A stretch of DNA of 63,237 bases from Candidatus Poseidoniaceae archaeon (GTDB lineage Archaea; Thermoplasmatota; Poseidoniia; Poseidoniales; Poseidoniaceae): the NCBI GenBank assembly GCA_938084455.1, contig CALKDX010000023.1, positions 1 to 63,237 on the forward strand, given 5' to 3'. Both the position numbers and the translations under genes were made by a program. The notes under the pieces are model-generated. The model had not been told where the DNA came from. It did no database searches and saw only the letters and a program-made list of their open reading frames with translations. This document shows, in pieces, positions 25,380 through 35,000 of the stretch (the stretch's first letter is position 1; each line of letters opens with the position of its first letter).

Positions 25380-26510
25380 ATGGAGTCCGACCAGAAGTTG
25401 ATGGGGATTCCTCAACTGGTTCATTTTCAAACCCTCATTACCACTGGTGCTCTGTTCCTCGGGTTGATGGCCGTCAAACTGATTTCAAGTGAAGCAAGCA
25501 CGAACAACATCGCCGTGACCGTTAGCATTGCAATTCTTGCACTCTTTCTGCTGATCTTTTCCGCTGATTTTTTCATCGAAGGGGCAAAAGGTCTTGCACG
25601 CCGCGGGGGTTTACCAGAGGTGGTCATTGGCCTCACCATCGTTTCAATTGGCACATCTCTTCCCGAAATTTTAGTTTCTGGCTCCGCCGCCAGCAACATC
25701 GGAACTGACCCGCAACTCGCAGATTTCGCTATCGGTGGGATTTTGGGTTCAGTGTTTGTTCAAATCACGTTGATTATGGGTATTGTTGTTGTCAATCGAG
25801 GTCTAAAAATCCGTGAATCTTGGTTGAAGCGAGACGGCCAAATCATGCTTCTCTCCGTGCTTGTGCTCAGTTTCTTTTTGATCACAGAAGGCACTCTGCA
25901 ACGATGGGAAGCAGGTATCCTCGTGACCTCGTATGTCATCTACATCACGTGGCTGTTAACCAACAGAAAGGAAATCCAGGCAGAAGAACTCGAATACGTC
26001 AATGCACCCGATTTGCAAGGGTCTTCATGGAGCACAGCAGCATACCTTGTCATGGTCGTTTTGGGTCTTTCGTTCGCAGTTTTTTCAGCCGAACAACTCG
26101 TCAAGTACGCACAGTTAATCGCCACAGAATTGGACGTTCCAGACGCAATTGTAGGGACCACAGTTTCTGGAATCGGCACTTCATTGCCGGAACTTACAAT
26201 CGCTCTTATGGCTGCCAAGCGCAGCCAAGGTGTTGCGATTGGCACCCTGATTGGCTCAAACATCACAGATCCATTGCTTTCGATTGGAATTGCCGGTCTG
26301 ATCGCTCCGCTTGCCATCACGGCCGAAGGCCATGATTTGCTCATTTACATCATTATGCCGTTCACAATCATCGGTTGTTTGAGCGCCCTCTTGATGATGC
26401 GGACTGCTTATGAATTCAGAAAGTGGGAAGGTTGGGTCATGATTAGCATCTATGGCGCTTTCCTCATTGTGCTCGAATTACACCGTCGCGGTATCTTGGT
26501 CTTTTCGTGA
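25380..26510 (+). CDS. Ca2+/cation antiporter (CaCA, YrbG-like)
   Basis: Two alpha-repeats (GTSLPEILVS and GTSLPELTIAL) and about 10 helices. Confidence 0.85.
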   Translation: MESDQKLMGIPQLVHFQTLITTGALFLGLMAVKLISSEASTNNIAVTVSIAILALFLLIFSADFFIEGAKGLARRGGLPEVVIGLTIVSIGTSLPEILVSGSAASNIGTDPQLADFAIGGILGSVFVQITLIMGIVVVNRGLKIRESWLKRDGQIMLLSVLVLSFFLITEGTLQRWEAGILVTSYVIYITWLLTNRKEIQAEELEYVNAPDLQGSSWSTAAYLVMVVLGLSFAVFSAEQLVKYAQLIATELDVPDAIVGTTVSGIGTSLPELTIALMAAKRSQGVAIGTLIGSNITDPLLSIGIAGLIAPLAITAEGHDLLIYIIMPFTIIGCLSALLMMRTAYEFRKWEGWVMISIYGAFLIVLELHRRGILVFS

Positions 26511-26541
26511 GACAAGGAGACATAAAGGGAGGCCCCCTCCC

Positions 26542-27696
26542 ATGCACATGGTCAACTTCCAACTTGACGAAATGCAGGAGATGCTCAGGGAACTCGCCCA
26601 TGAGTTCGCGGTCGATGAAATTCGACCAAAGGCTGAGCATTGGGATGCAACTTCGACCTATCCCAAAGAAACCATCCAAGCGGCTCATGAAATGGGTTTG
26701 CTAAACCTCCACATTCCAGAGGCATACGGCGGACCTGGTCTTGGGTCGATGGAAGATGTGATCGTGAACGAAGAACTGGCATGGGGCGACCCTGGTTTTG
26801 CCACCGCAGCCTATGCAACGGCATTGGCTTGCGCCCCCATCATCACCGGTGCTACGAATGAACAGAAAGATATCTGGCTGCGAAAAGTCGCAGAAGAAGG
26901 TGCTCTTGCCTCGTATGCAGTGACTGAACCGGGAGCTGGATCTGATCTTGCTGCATGCAAAACTCATGCAGTGCGCGACGGCGATGACTACGTCATTAAC
27001 GGGGCGAAAATGTGGATCACCGGTGCAGGCCATGCTGATTTTTTCTTCGTGCTCGCCAAAACGGATATCGATGCAGGTTACCGTGGTATGTCCGGTTTCA
27101 TTGTTGAAAGCGATTCGGATGGGTTTAGCCTTGGCAAGAAGGAAACCAACATGGGGCAACGATGTTCCGATACCAGATCGATGACCTTTGACGACGTTCG
27201 AGTGCCAGCTGCAAACCTCATTGGCGGTTCGGAATCAGGCGGCTGGATGAACGCCATGAAAGCCTTCGACATGTCCAGGCCAAACATCGCTGCTCACGCA
27301 ACTGGATTGGCACGTGCGGCCTATGAACACGCTTTGCGCTACTCTGGTGAGCGAATGAGTTTCGGTAAGCCTCTTCACAGGCACCAAGCCATTCAATTCA
27401 TGCTCGCAGACATGAAAACTAAAATCGAAGCATCTCGAATGTTGACTTGGAAATCAGCCGCAGAATCAGACGCTGGTCTTCGAAACACCGAATCTGCTGC
27501 CCATGCCAAGCGATTTGCTGCGGACACCGCAATGGAAGTTTCAACCGATGCTGTGCAGGTCTTCGGCGGGTATGGATATTCTGAAGAATACCCGGTTGCA
27601 CAACTGATGAGGGCTGCAAAAGTGATGCAGATTTACGAGGGTTCGTCCCAAGTTCAGCGCATGATCATCGGGCGAGAAATCACAAAAGATCTGTGA
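26542..27696 (+). CDS. Acyl-CoA dehydrogenase
   Basis: Motifs YAVTEPGAGSD, NGAKMWITGAG, QVFGGYGYSEEYPV and IYEGSSQVQR. ATG 26542 follows aaagggagg. Confidence 0.9.
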   Translation: MHMVNFQLDEMQEMLRELAHEFAVDEIRPKAEHWDATSTYPKETIQAAHEMGLLNLHIPEAYGGPGLGSMEDVIVNEELAWGDPGFATAAYATALACAPIITGATNEQKDIWLRKVAEEGALASYAVTEPGAGSDLAACKTHAVRDGDDYVINGAKMWITGAGHADFFFVLAKTDIDAGYRGMSGFIVESDSDGFSLGKKETNMGQRCSDTRSMTFDDVRVPAANLIGGSESGGWMNAMKAFDMSRPNIAAHATGLARAAYEHALRYSGERMSFGKPLHRHQAIQFMLADMKTKIEASRMLTWKSAAESDAGLRNTESAAHAKRFAADTAMEVSTDAVQVFGGYGYSEEYPVAQLMRAAKVMQIYEGSSQVQRMIIGREITKDL

Positions 27697-28509
27697 TCAA
27701 TCATCGTCCCCTCGGTCCTGCTGATTCCAAAAGGCTTCCATCGCCAAGGAATGCATGTGTTGCTCATACTCTTCCCACATACGCTGTTCAGCAATCTCCT
27801 CGGCCGTTGGTGCAGGCAAGTCAATCAAACTCAATGCCTCGGAATCTCGAGGTTCCGCTGGTTCAGGAGGGGCCACAATGTCGTCCTCGATGCCCATGAA
27901 GTGCATTTCCCAGTCTTGGTACATGTCCTCGGGTTCTTGTTGATTAAACGCAGCCTCTTCCTCTTCTGTCAAATCAACCATTCCAAAGTTTTCATCATCG
28001 TTAATCATCGAATGCAAAACCACCATTTCATCTTGGAACACCATGACCTTGGCGAGGTGTTCTCTGGGTGCAACAATAAATTGAGCCAGCAGGGGAATGC
28101 TCATCGCGGTTATGCGGTCGTTATGCAACGAGAGGCACAAGGCTGCAATTTTGTCGCCGACTGGCATCTCTGCTGTTCGATGCGGATTGAGGCATAGGTT
28201 TGGGCAGTATTTGTTGTTGTGAATCACATCGCGTTTTCTTGCCCCACCCCTGACATACAAACTCCATGCTTGAGCATTAAATCCGATGATGGCGTCATTC
28301 CTCTTGGCTTCAATTGCATACCAGCGACGCGATTGACCTTGGACGAACATGGTGACAATCAGATTCGATCGATGTTTATATTCGAGCCACTCATTCGCCT
28401 CTACAATGCTTGTGAGCAACTCCATCGACCTCTTTTCTGGGAGTGTTAAAGGATAGTCGTCCTCGTTCATAGGGTGGTAAATGGCTGAGTCTATTTGAAC
28501 CAAGAGCAA
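27697..28509 (-). CDS. Hypothetical protein with an acidic C-terminal tail
   Basis: 270-aa ORF with no competing frame and no motif that I recognise. Confidence 0.45.
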   Translation of the reverse strand: MLLVQIDSAIYHPMNEDDYPLTLPEKRSMELLTSIVEANEWLEYKHRSNLIVTMFVQGQSRRWYAIEAKRNDAIIGFNAQAWSLYVRGGARKRDVIHNNKYCPNLCLNPHRTAEMPVGDKIAALCLSLHNDRITAMSIPLLAQFIVAPREHLAKVMVFQDEMVVLHSMINDDENFGMVDLTEEEEAAFNQQEPEDMYQDWEMHFMGIEDDIVAPPEPAEPRDSEALSLIDLPAPTAEEIAEQRMWEEYEQHMHSLAMEAFWNQQDRGDDD

Positions 28510-28542
28510 AAAGCCCTTGAGACCGAGCGATGAGGATGGTCC

Positions 28543-29130
28543 ATGGTCAAAGGATGCCCTGCATTTGTTCTCGCAGCGGGAGCAAGCGTTCGTTTGGGTC
28601 AGCCTAAGGCCTTGGTTCCTGTTGCTGGTACGACCCTTGTGGGTCTTGCAGTTCGTCGCTTGATTGCAGCGGGATGTTCTCCTGTGTACGTCATTACGAG
28701 GCAGTCGTTACAATTTGAAGTGATGCTTCAATGCGAAGGAGCCACTGTTGTGGTCAACAAAGATCCTGAACAAGGGCGAACGGGCACCTTGCAACAGGGC
28801 CTCCTTGCTGCGATGGGTGACACAGGACGCCTCCCTCGCCGAGTGATCATCGCTCCTGTGGACCGCCCAGGATGGGATGTGACGCATGTCAGGCAATTGC
28901 TGGGCCAAAGCACAACTTCGACTTTATCATGCAATGGGAAGCTCGGTCACCCTTTGATTGTCCATTCTCCCGATGTTGAAGCAGTGCTCGCAGCACCCCC
29001 TGAAACCCCACTGCGTGATCTTATTGCACCGGACTATGTTGAGGTCAATGCCCCTCATTTGAGCCTTAACATCGACACTCGAGAAGATCTTACGCTCCTC
29101 GCATCCATTGATTTTGAAGTGGATTTTTGA
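28543..29130 (+). CDS. MobA/MocA-like molybdenum-cofactor nucleotidyltransferase
   Basis: N-terminal LAAGASVRLGQPKAL motif. About 195 aa. Adjacent to an XdhC-family gene. Confidence 0.7.
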   Translation: MVKGCPAFVLAAGASVRLGQPKALVPVAGTTLVGLAVRRLIAAGCSPVYVITRQSLQFEVMLQCEGATVVVNKDPEQGRTGTLQQGLLAAMGDTGRLPRRVIIAPVDRPGWDVTHVRQLLGQSTTSTLSCNGKLGHPLIVHSPDVEAVLAAPPETPLRDLIAPDYVEVNAPHLSLNIDTREDLTLLASIDFEVDF

Positions 29131-29180
29131 GCATCTTGCCATGACGGAAATGGTATGAGTGAGCGCCTCGAGGGAGGGGC

Positions 29181-30050
29181 ATGACTGCAGCAGTTCTGGC
29201 TTGGGCTTTGGCCCAAATCGAATGCGGTCACAAAGTGGTCATGGCGAGCGTGGTTGAGACCTCGGGTAGCGTTCCGGGAAAGGTTGGGGCTCGCCTTGCC
29301 ATGCGTTCTTCAGATGAAACATGGGTCGGCACAGTCGGCGGTGCAGGGCTTGAAATGATGGTTTTGAAGCGCAGCCGATCGATGCTGAATGAGCATTATC
29401 TTCCAGCAGGTGAGGTCATCACTTTCGGACTGAATAAAGGGGCGAAGGGCTATGAAGTGACGCCCTTAGATTCGCTCTGTGGGGGTCGAGTGACCCTCAG
29501 TTTGGAGGTTCTTGTCCCAATGCCACACGTGTTGCTCATCGGCGGAGGCCATTGCGCTCAAGCCATTGCTCCGGCTTTGGATGCATTGGGTTGGTCCCAT
29601 TCCATCCATGATACTCGAGAAGATTTCTGCAACCCAGAGACATTTCCAAACGCAAACCACCACCTCCACATGGACATTGATTCCTTTGTTGGCCACCACT
29701 CTGCAGAGGTGTTATCACAGTATTCTGATGTGCTTTTCCTCGGCCATGATTGGTCAGAAGATCAAACAAGATTGCTCGGTATGCTCACCTGCTTACAGGC
29801 TCAAGGTGCTCTTATGAACGGTCAAGATGCTCCCCGCATCGGAGTGATTGGTAGCCGTTCAAAGTGGAAAGCCTTCGAGAAAGCAGCCAAAGGGATTGGC
29901 GTGACAGAAGGCACCCTTGAGCAAGTGATCTGCCCGATTGGTGTTCACATTGGTGCGGAAACCCCACAGGAAATCGCCGTTGCTGTCGTCGCCCAAATCT
30001 TGGCATCCTACAAGGGCGTCAATCCATCGGAGCCAACCTGGCGGGATTGA
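29181..30050 (+). CDS. XdhC/CoxI-family molybdoenzyme maturation factor
   Basis: N-terminal XdhC_CoxI-like segment (VVETSGSVPGKVGARLA) plus a C-terminal Rossmann-like half (LLIGGGHCAQAI). Confidence 0.7.
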   Translation: MTAAVLAWALAQIECGHKVVMASVVETSGSVPGKVGARLAMRSSDETWVGTVGGAGLEMMVLKRSRSMLNEHYLPAGEVITFGLNKGAKGYEVTPLDSLCGGRVTLSLEVLVPMPHVLLIGGGHCAQAIAPALDALGWSHSIHDTREDFCNPETFPNANHHLHMDIDSFVGHHSAEVLSQYSDVLFLGHDWSEDQTRLLGMLTCLQAQGALMNGQDAPRIGVIGSRSKWKAFEKAAKGIGVTEGTLEQVICPIGVHIGAETPQEIAVAVVAQILASYKGVNPSEPTWRD

Positions 30051-30054
30051 TGGT

Positions 30055-30597
30055 TCACTGTTTGAATACCCTCGTTCGGAAGTAACGAAGCTCTTCAATA
30101 GATTCGAGGATGTCATCAAGGGCGAGGTGCGCTCCTTTTTTCTCATACCTTCCGACATCGGGATACCAACGTCTTGATAGTTCTTTGACTGTAGAGACAT
30201 CAATCATGCGGTAATGAAGATATTCAACAAGGCCCGGCATTTCCTTTTCCATGAATTTTTTATCGTTCCAAACGCTGTTTCCACATAACGGCGCCTTGCC
30301 TTCAGGAACCCATTTCTTCAGAAATTCCAAAGTTTGAGCTTCCGCTTCTTTGACAGAGACGCTTTCGTGTTTCACACGTTCAACGAGACCACTTGCTGTA
30401 TGGTGGCTTGTGTTCCATTCATCCATGTTGTTCAACAATTCATCAGAAACTTGAACGGCGAGGTTTGGTCCCTGTGCAATGATGTTCAATTCCCCATCAG
30501 TGACCACTGTTGCGATCTCGATAATGGATTCCTTCGTGATGTCAAGCCCCGTCATTTCAAGGTCAATCCATACCAATCGGTCATCTGCTCCGGTCAT
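30055..30597 (-). CDS. orn: Oligoribonuclease (DEDDh 3'-5' exonuclease)
   Basis: Motifs LVWIDLEMTGLD, CGNSVWNDKKF and AHLALDDILESIEELRYFR. 180 aa. Confidence 0.85.
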   Translation of the reverse strand: MTGADDRLVWIDLEMTGLDITKESIIEIATVVTDGELNIIAQGPNLAVQVSDELLNNMDEWNTSHHTASGLVERVKHESVSVKEAEAQTLEFLKKWVPEGKAPLCGNSVWNDKKFMEKEMPGLVEYLHYRMIDVSTVKELSRRWYPDVGRYEKKGAHLALDDILESIEELRYFRTRVFKQ

Positions 30598-30668
30598 GCT
30601 TCTTGCACAGAGAGCCGGTTCTTCAATCCGGCGTAGGGTTCATTTGCAACCGGCTGAGACGCAATCAC

Positions 30669-32036
30669 ATGGCAGATGCTGCGGATGTGATTCTTGAGGC
30701 AGCTGGGCGGTCGATCGATAGTATGACGAGGAAACAACTGATTGCAGTCACCCTCGCAACCCTTCTTGTGGTGTCAATTGTGGCAGGTTTGTCGTTCTTT
30801 AGCACCGATTCATCTGAAACAAAAACCAGTGCCGTCTTTGGCGGGGAAGATGGCTGGCGAGCCTATTCCGTTGTCGCACCAATCGACACTGGAATCAATG
30901 TCTACCACGATCATTTTCGTACCAATGACACCTACCCTCAATGGCTTCAGGATGGCCTTGGGGTTAACCGGGTCTGTGACCTAACCTTTGAAGGGACATG
31001 GCAAGAGCGCTATGATGCAGACAAAGAAGCGTGTTGGGACACCCTCACCGCCAGTGACATTGTGTACTTCCCCGGCACAAAAATCATCGGCACTTCGCCG
31101 GATGGAGACAGTGACATCCTCATTCTTGACGATCCCTCCGATGGACACGGGTCTGCCGTCACCGGGGCGGTGTTGGACGCCAATCCAATGGCAGTGATCT
31201 TCTTTGTCGAAGGCTTCTCTTCTGAAGCCGTTCAGGCGGCTGCTGACCAACCGCTTGTTGACATCTTGACAACCTCGTTTGGTGCACCAGGCTCAGTTCC
31301 AGTTCCCGGAATTGAAAGGGCGACAGAATCAGCCGTGGTCGAATTCAACAAGATTCACACAGGTGCAGCAGACAACAGCCCTTCGCCAGCAGTGCAAGAC
31401 GCCACAGCGGGTCCGCCTTGGTCGATTGGCATCGCAGGGTATGCTGAGGAAGGGGACGACCAAAAAGAAATCATGTCGGGCTCTTATCCAGATATTTCTG
31501 CAGATTGGACTCAAGTTTTACCAAATCACGATGACATCGATGGCTACCATGAAACATCAGGGACATCGTTTGCAACCCCTCGCACAGCAGGCATACTCTC
31601 TTTTGTCCTCGAATCGTTACGAGAGGAATACAATGATCCATCTTCCGGAGCTTCTCCGGATGTGCGTTCGGGACTTCTTGTGAACGGGACCGATGACGCA
31701 GGAATGAGTTTCTCAATCTCGAACGCACAAGTGCGTGAAGCCCTCAACCTCTCAGCTTGGTATCCTGACCTCGGCTGGGACCCAACCTCTGGGACCATGC
31801 CCATTTCTCCTGTTGCACCTTGTATGCAAACGGGTTGGGGCCTCGTTAATTTATCAAACATTGAACCGATCATCAAGCATTTGAACGGCTCAGAGGCTCT
31901 TCCTGATCGACCTGCTGATGTGGTCGCATGCATGGATCTTAACCAACAAGCAAGGGAAGCCTATTGGGCAGCCTACCCTTCAGCACCGGGTGAAATTTAC
32001 ATCACTGGTGGCGAAGGAACGAGGGTCAAGGATTGA
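30669..32036 (+). CDS. Subtilisin-like (S8) serine protease, membrane-anchored or secreted
   Basis: Catalytic triad motifs APIDTGI, DGHGSAVTG and SGTSFATPRTAG. Signal anchor LIAVTLATLLVVSIVAG. Start could be 30669 or 30723. Confidence 0.75.
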   Translation: MADAADVILEAAGRSIDSMTRKQLIAVTLATLLVVSIVAGLSFFSTDSSETKTSAVFGGEDGWRAYSVVAPIDTGINVYHDHFRTNDTYPQWLQDGLGVNRVCDLTFEGTWQERYDADKEACWDTLTASDIVYFPGTKIIGTSPDGDSDILILDDPSDGHGSAVTGAVLDANPMAVIFFVEGFSSEAVQAAADQPLVDILTTSFGAPGSVPVPGIERATESAVVEFNKIHTGAADNSPSPAVQDATAGPPWSIGIAGYAEEGDDQKEIMSGSYPDISADWTQVLPNHDDIDGYHETSGTSFATPRTAGILSFVLESLREEYNDPSSGASPDVRSGLLVNGTDDAGMSFSISNAQVREALNLSAWYPDLGWDPTSGTMPISPVAPCMQTGWGLVNLSNIEPIIKHLNGSEALPDRPADVVACMDLNQQAREAYWAAYPSAPGEIYITGGEGTRVKD

Positions 32037-35000
32037 TCATTGAGGTTCAAAGTTTAGAATCACTTCTCCACGAGGTCCAAAGGCAACCACGGGTTTGAAC
32101 CCTTCATGTGGAGTTGAGTCAATAGAGGCAAGGATCGTGTTGAACATGTCGTCCGGTAGTTCGATCTCAAAACCATGTTCAGTTTGAACCCGTTCCTTTG
32201 TGAGGACCGGCGGAGGAATCTCAAGTTCTGCTTCAACCGGCTCTTGTGTTGTTTCGACGGCTTGTTCGCCCTCTGGTTCAATTTCTTCCTCTTCTTTGAT
32301 TTCTTCAATGTCCTCTTCATCGTCTTTTTCAATCGATTCAACTTCAGTTGGCTCAGGATGGGTTTCAGAATCGACCACAACAAGGGCCTCGTTTGAAACT
32401 TCGACTTCAGGCGTGTAAAGTGCATTCGAGTCCCCTAGCCGACTGCTGCTCATGAAAATCCAACCAATGGTGACAATGGCACCCAACATGTAACCGATAT
32501 TGACAATGGTCTCACTCACAAACGAGAGGGTGTTAGCCGTTGCAAAGGTCATGATGATTGAGCCATAACCTCCGACAACTCGCCTCCATCGTGCATCGAA
32601 TTCAGGGGAGTAGCCTTGGATTCCCACACCAACCAACACCACAGTGGTCAATGAAAAGGCAAGTGTTGTCCACGTATCTCCACCATTAAAGATCAGGAAT
32701 ATACTGGTAATCATCGTTCCGACACCAACCAAACCAATGCGGTCCATGAACTCAAAGAACGTCTGATCTGAACCCCAATCAAATGCCTCGTGGTCGTAGA
32801 CAGCATCGTTCTTAATCGACAGCACTGTGAAGCCAACTCCTTCAGCCAGAAGAACCAATCCAATGGCCAAATCAAACAAGTCGGTCGGCAGGATATCAGA
32901 TTGAATCAAAAAGTTATAGAGCGCTAGGCCATGGACCAATGGGGCAAACAATGTTAGGTTGAAGAGGCCTCTTGAAACGACTGTCCTTGTTAACAACGCA
33001 GCACCAATGATGGTGCCTGCTCCCCACATGACAGAGATGCTGAATGCCAGGCCGAGGTAGCCAATAATCTGGAACTGCTCATTCAATTGTTCTCTGTCCT
33101 CGTCAGTCTTCAGGTTAGGTATGGTTAACATGGTTGGTTCAGGCATCTCTTTGTCCTTGTTCGCGTGCATGATGCCATTTTCATGCAAGGCAGAGTAAAG
33201 CATCGCGGTAACACCGGTGATGAACACGCTCCATGAAAACACATCCAAATCACTGAGCGTGTTATCGGTGCCACCAAGAGCGATAGAAAGGGAAACACAC
33301 TCTGCGATAAGAAGAAGCGATAGGAATTGAACCTGGCCATTGTACCATGAATTCAACATCAAAACAACCGTGAAGAACAACGGTGTCCATTGGAACCAGT
33401 CCAACTCAGGGAACATGCTCATCAGGCCAATTGCCAACCACGCCCAAGTTCCGATCCATGGCAGTGATTTCTTGATTTTCTTGGCACTGGGCAACAGTTG
33501 GGCCAGAAGAATATAGCTCATTTGAAGGGTTAGGAGCAATCCAGATGCCGCAGACAGTCCAAACATTCCGGAAGTCGATGAGGCTTGCTCCAGCAATTCA
33601 ATCCGTTCGGTTAACAGCCGTCCAATTCCGTTCAATTCAAGCCAATTATTTGCATTGAAAATCAAGACCACTGGGGCAACCATCAAGGCGATATTTTGGC
33701 GATGCTTGACCGAATAATAAGTGACCAATGCCAGCATTGGGATCATCAGCAATCCACCCGAAGTGTCAAGGCAAGCAAGGGCGATTAAACCAATCATTGC
33801 ATACAAGTCAGCTCTCGCTGAGATTGCATCCTTGTCAAGGCCTCGCTTAGAAATCGCCCAAGCGACGATAAACGGTGCTGAAACAAGCATGAGGTCCAAC
33901 AATAACATGCCGGGGAGGAAATTTTTGTCGAGGTATTCGGGATCGCCTTCCATCATAAATCGGTAACCATTGAACACAAGCGAAGGTGCCAGACCAACGG
34001 CAAAGAGCAACCACACTGCTGCCGCCCTTGCCTTGGAACTGATTGTTTTGAGTGCTAAGATTTCCCACACCAAACAAGCGATTGGAACTGCGAGCAACAC
34101 GAGGATGTAAGGGGCCTTCACGAGGTCCTGTGCTTCAGTTTCGCCAAGGAAAGAAGTTGCCACAAACATGCTACTGCTCATCATAATAAGCGGTACAATC
34201 ATTGAAACCCGGCTCAATGGACTCCATGAATACTTCTCGACAAATGCCTCCTCGTCCTCTTCGAAAGAGGGGGTTTCAATCCATGTATTGGTCGATGGAT
34301 CATATTGCGGGGCACCACTGACCATGCTTCCAGTCCATGAAAACAGCATACCGAGATCGAACTCTTTCTCCCTTCCATTAAGGAGCATTCCATAGGACAG
34401 GGCGGCGAAGAAAAACACGTGGAGTTTGTAATCGCGGAAGATGAGCGCTTCCGGGATTTGTATGGCCTCGAAGAGCACCAAGGTCACAACAACTGCATTG
34501 GCCAATAACGAACGCAGGCTCGCATCCCACCGGCTTTGCAGCGATGATTTTTCATCGAGGTTGGAAAATCCAGTCCTCGCAAGGTAGAGCAGGTAAATCA
34601 CGAAGGCCCAAGTGGTGTACCACTCCTGGGTGCCGATGACGGCTCGAGAAAGGGCGACGCTGGCAATCACCAACATATGGACATACAAATCCGTTTTCTG
34701 TTTTCGTTGGGAAAACTCTGAGATGGTGATGAGGGCCAAGGGAATCAAGAAATGGAGGCCGCTTAATCCGAATGTTTCAGTTTGGGCGATGCCCATCTCC
34801 CAAGCGTAAAGATCCACAACGAGGTAGGCGACGGCCGCCATTCCAAGCGTTGCATTTGCGACCCATTTACGAGTGGCTTTGGAAATCAAAAGCATGTAAG
34901 GTAAGATTGCAACCGTGATGATCCAAGGGATTGCGCTCTCTGAATTTGGGATGATCATCAATGCAAATGCCAAGCCGATTGGAATCCACGGCAGGCGTTG

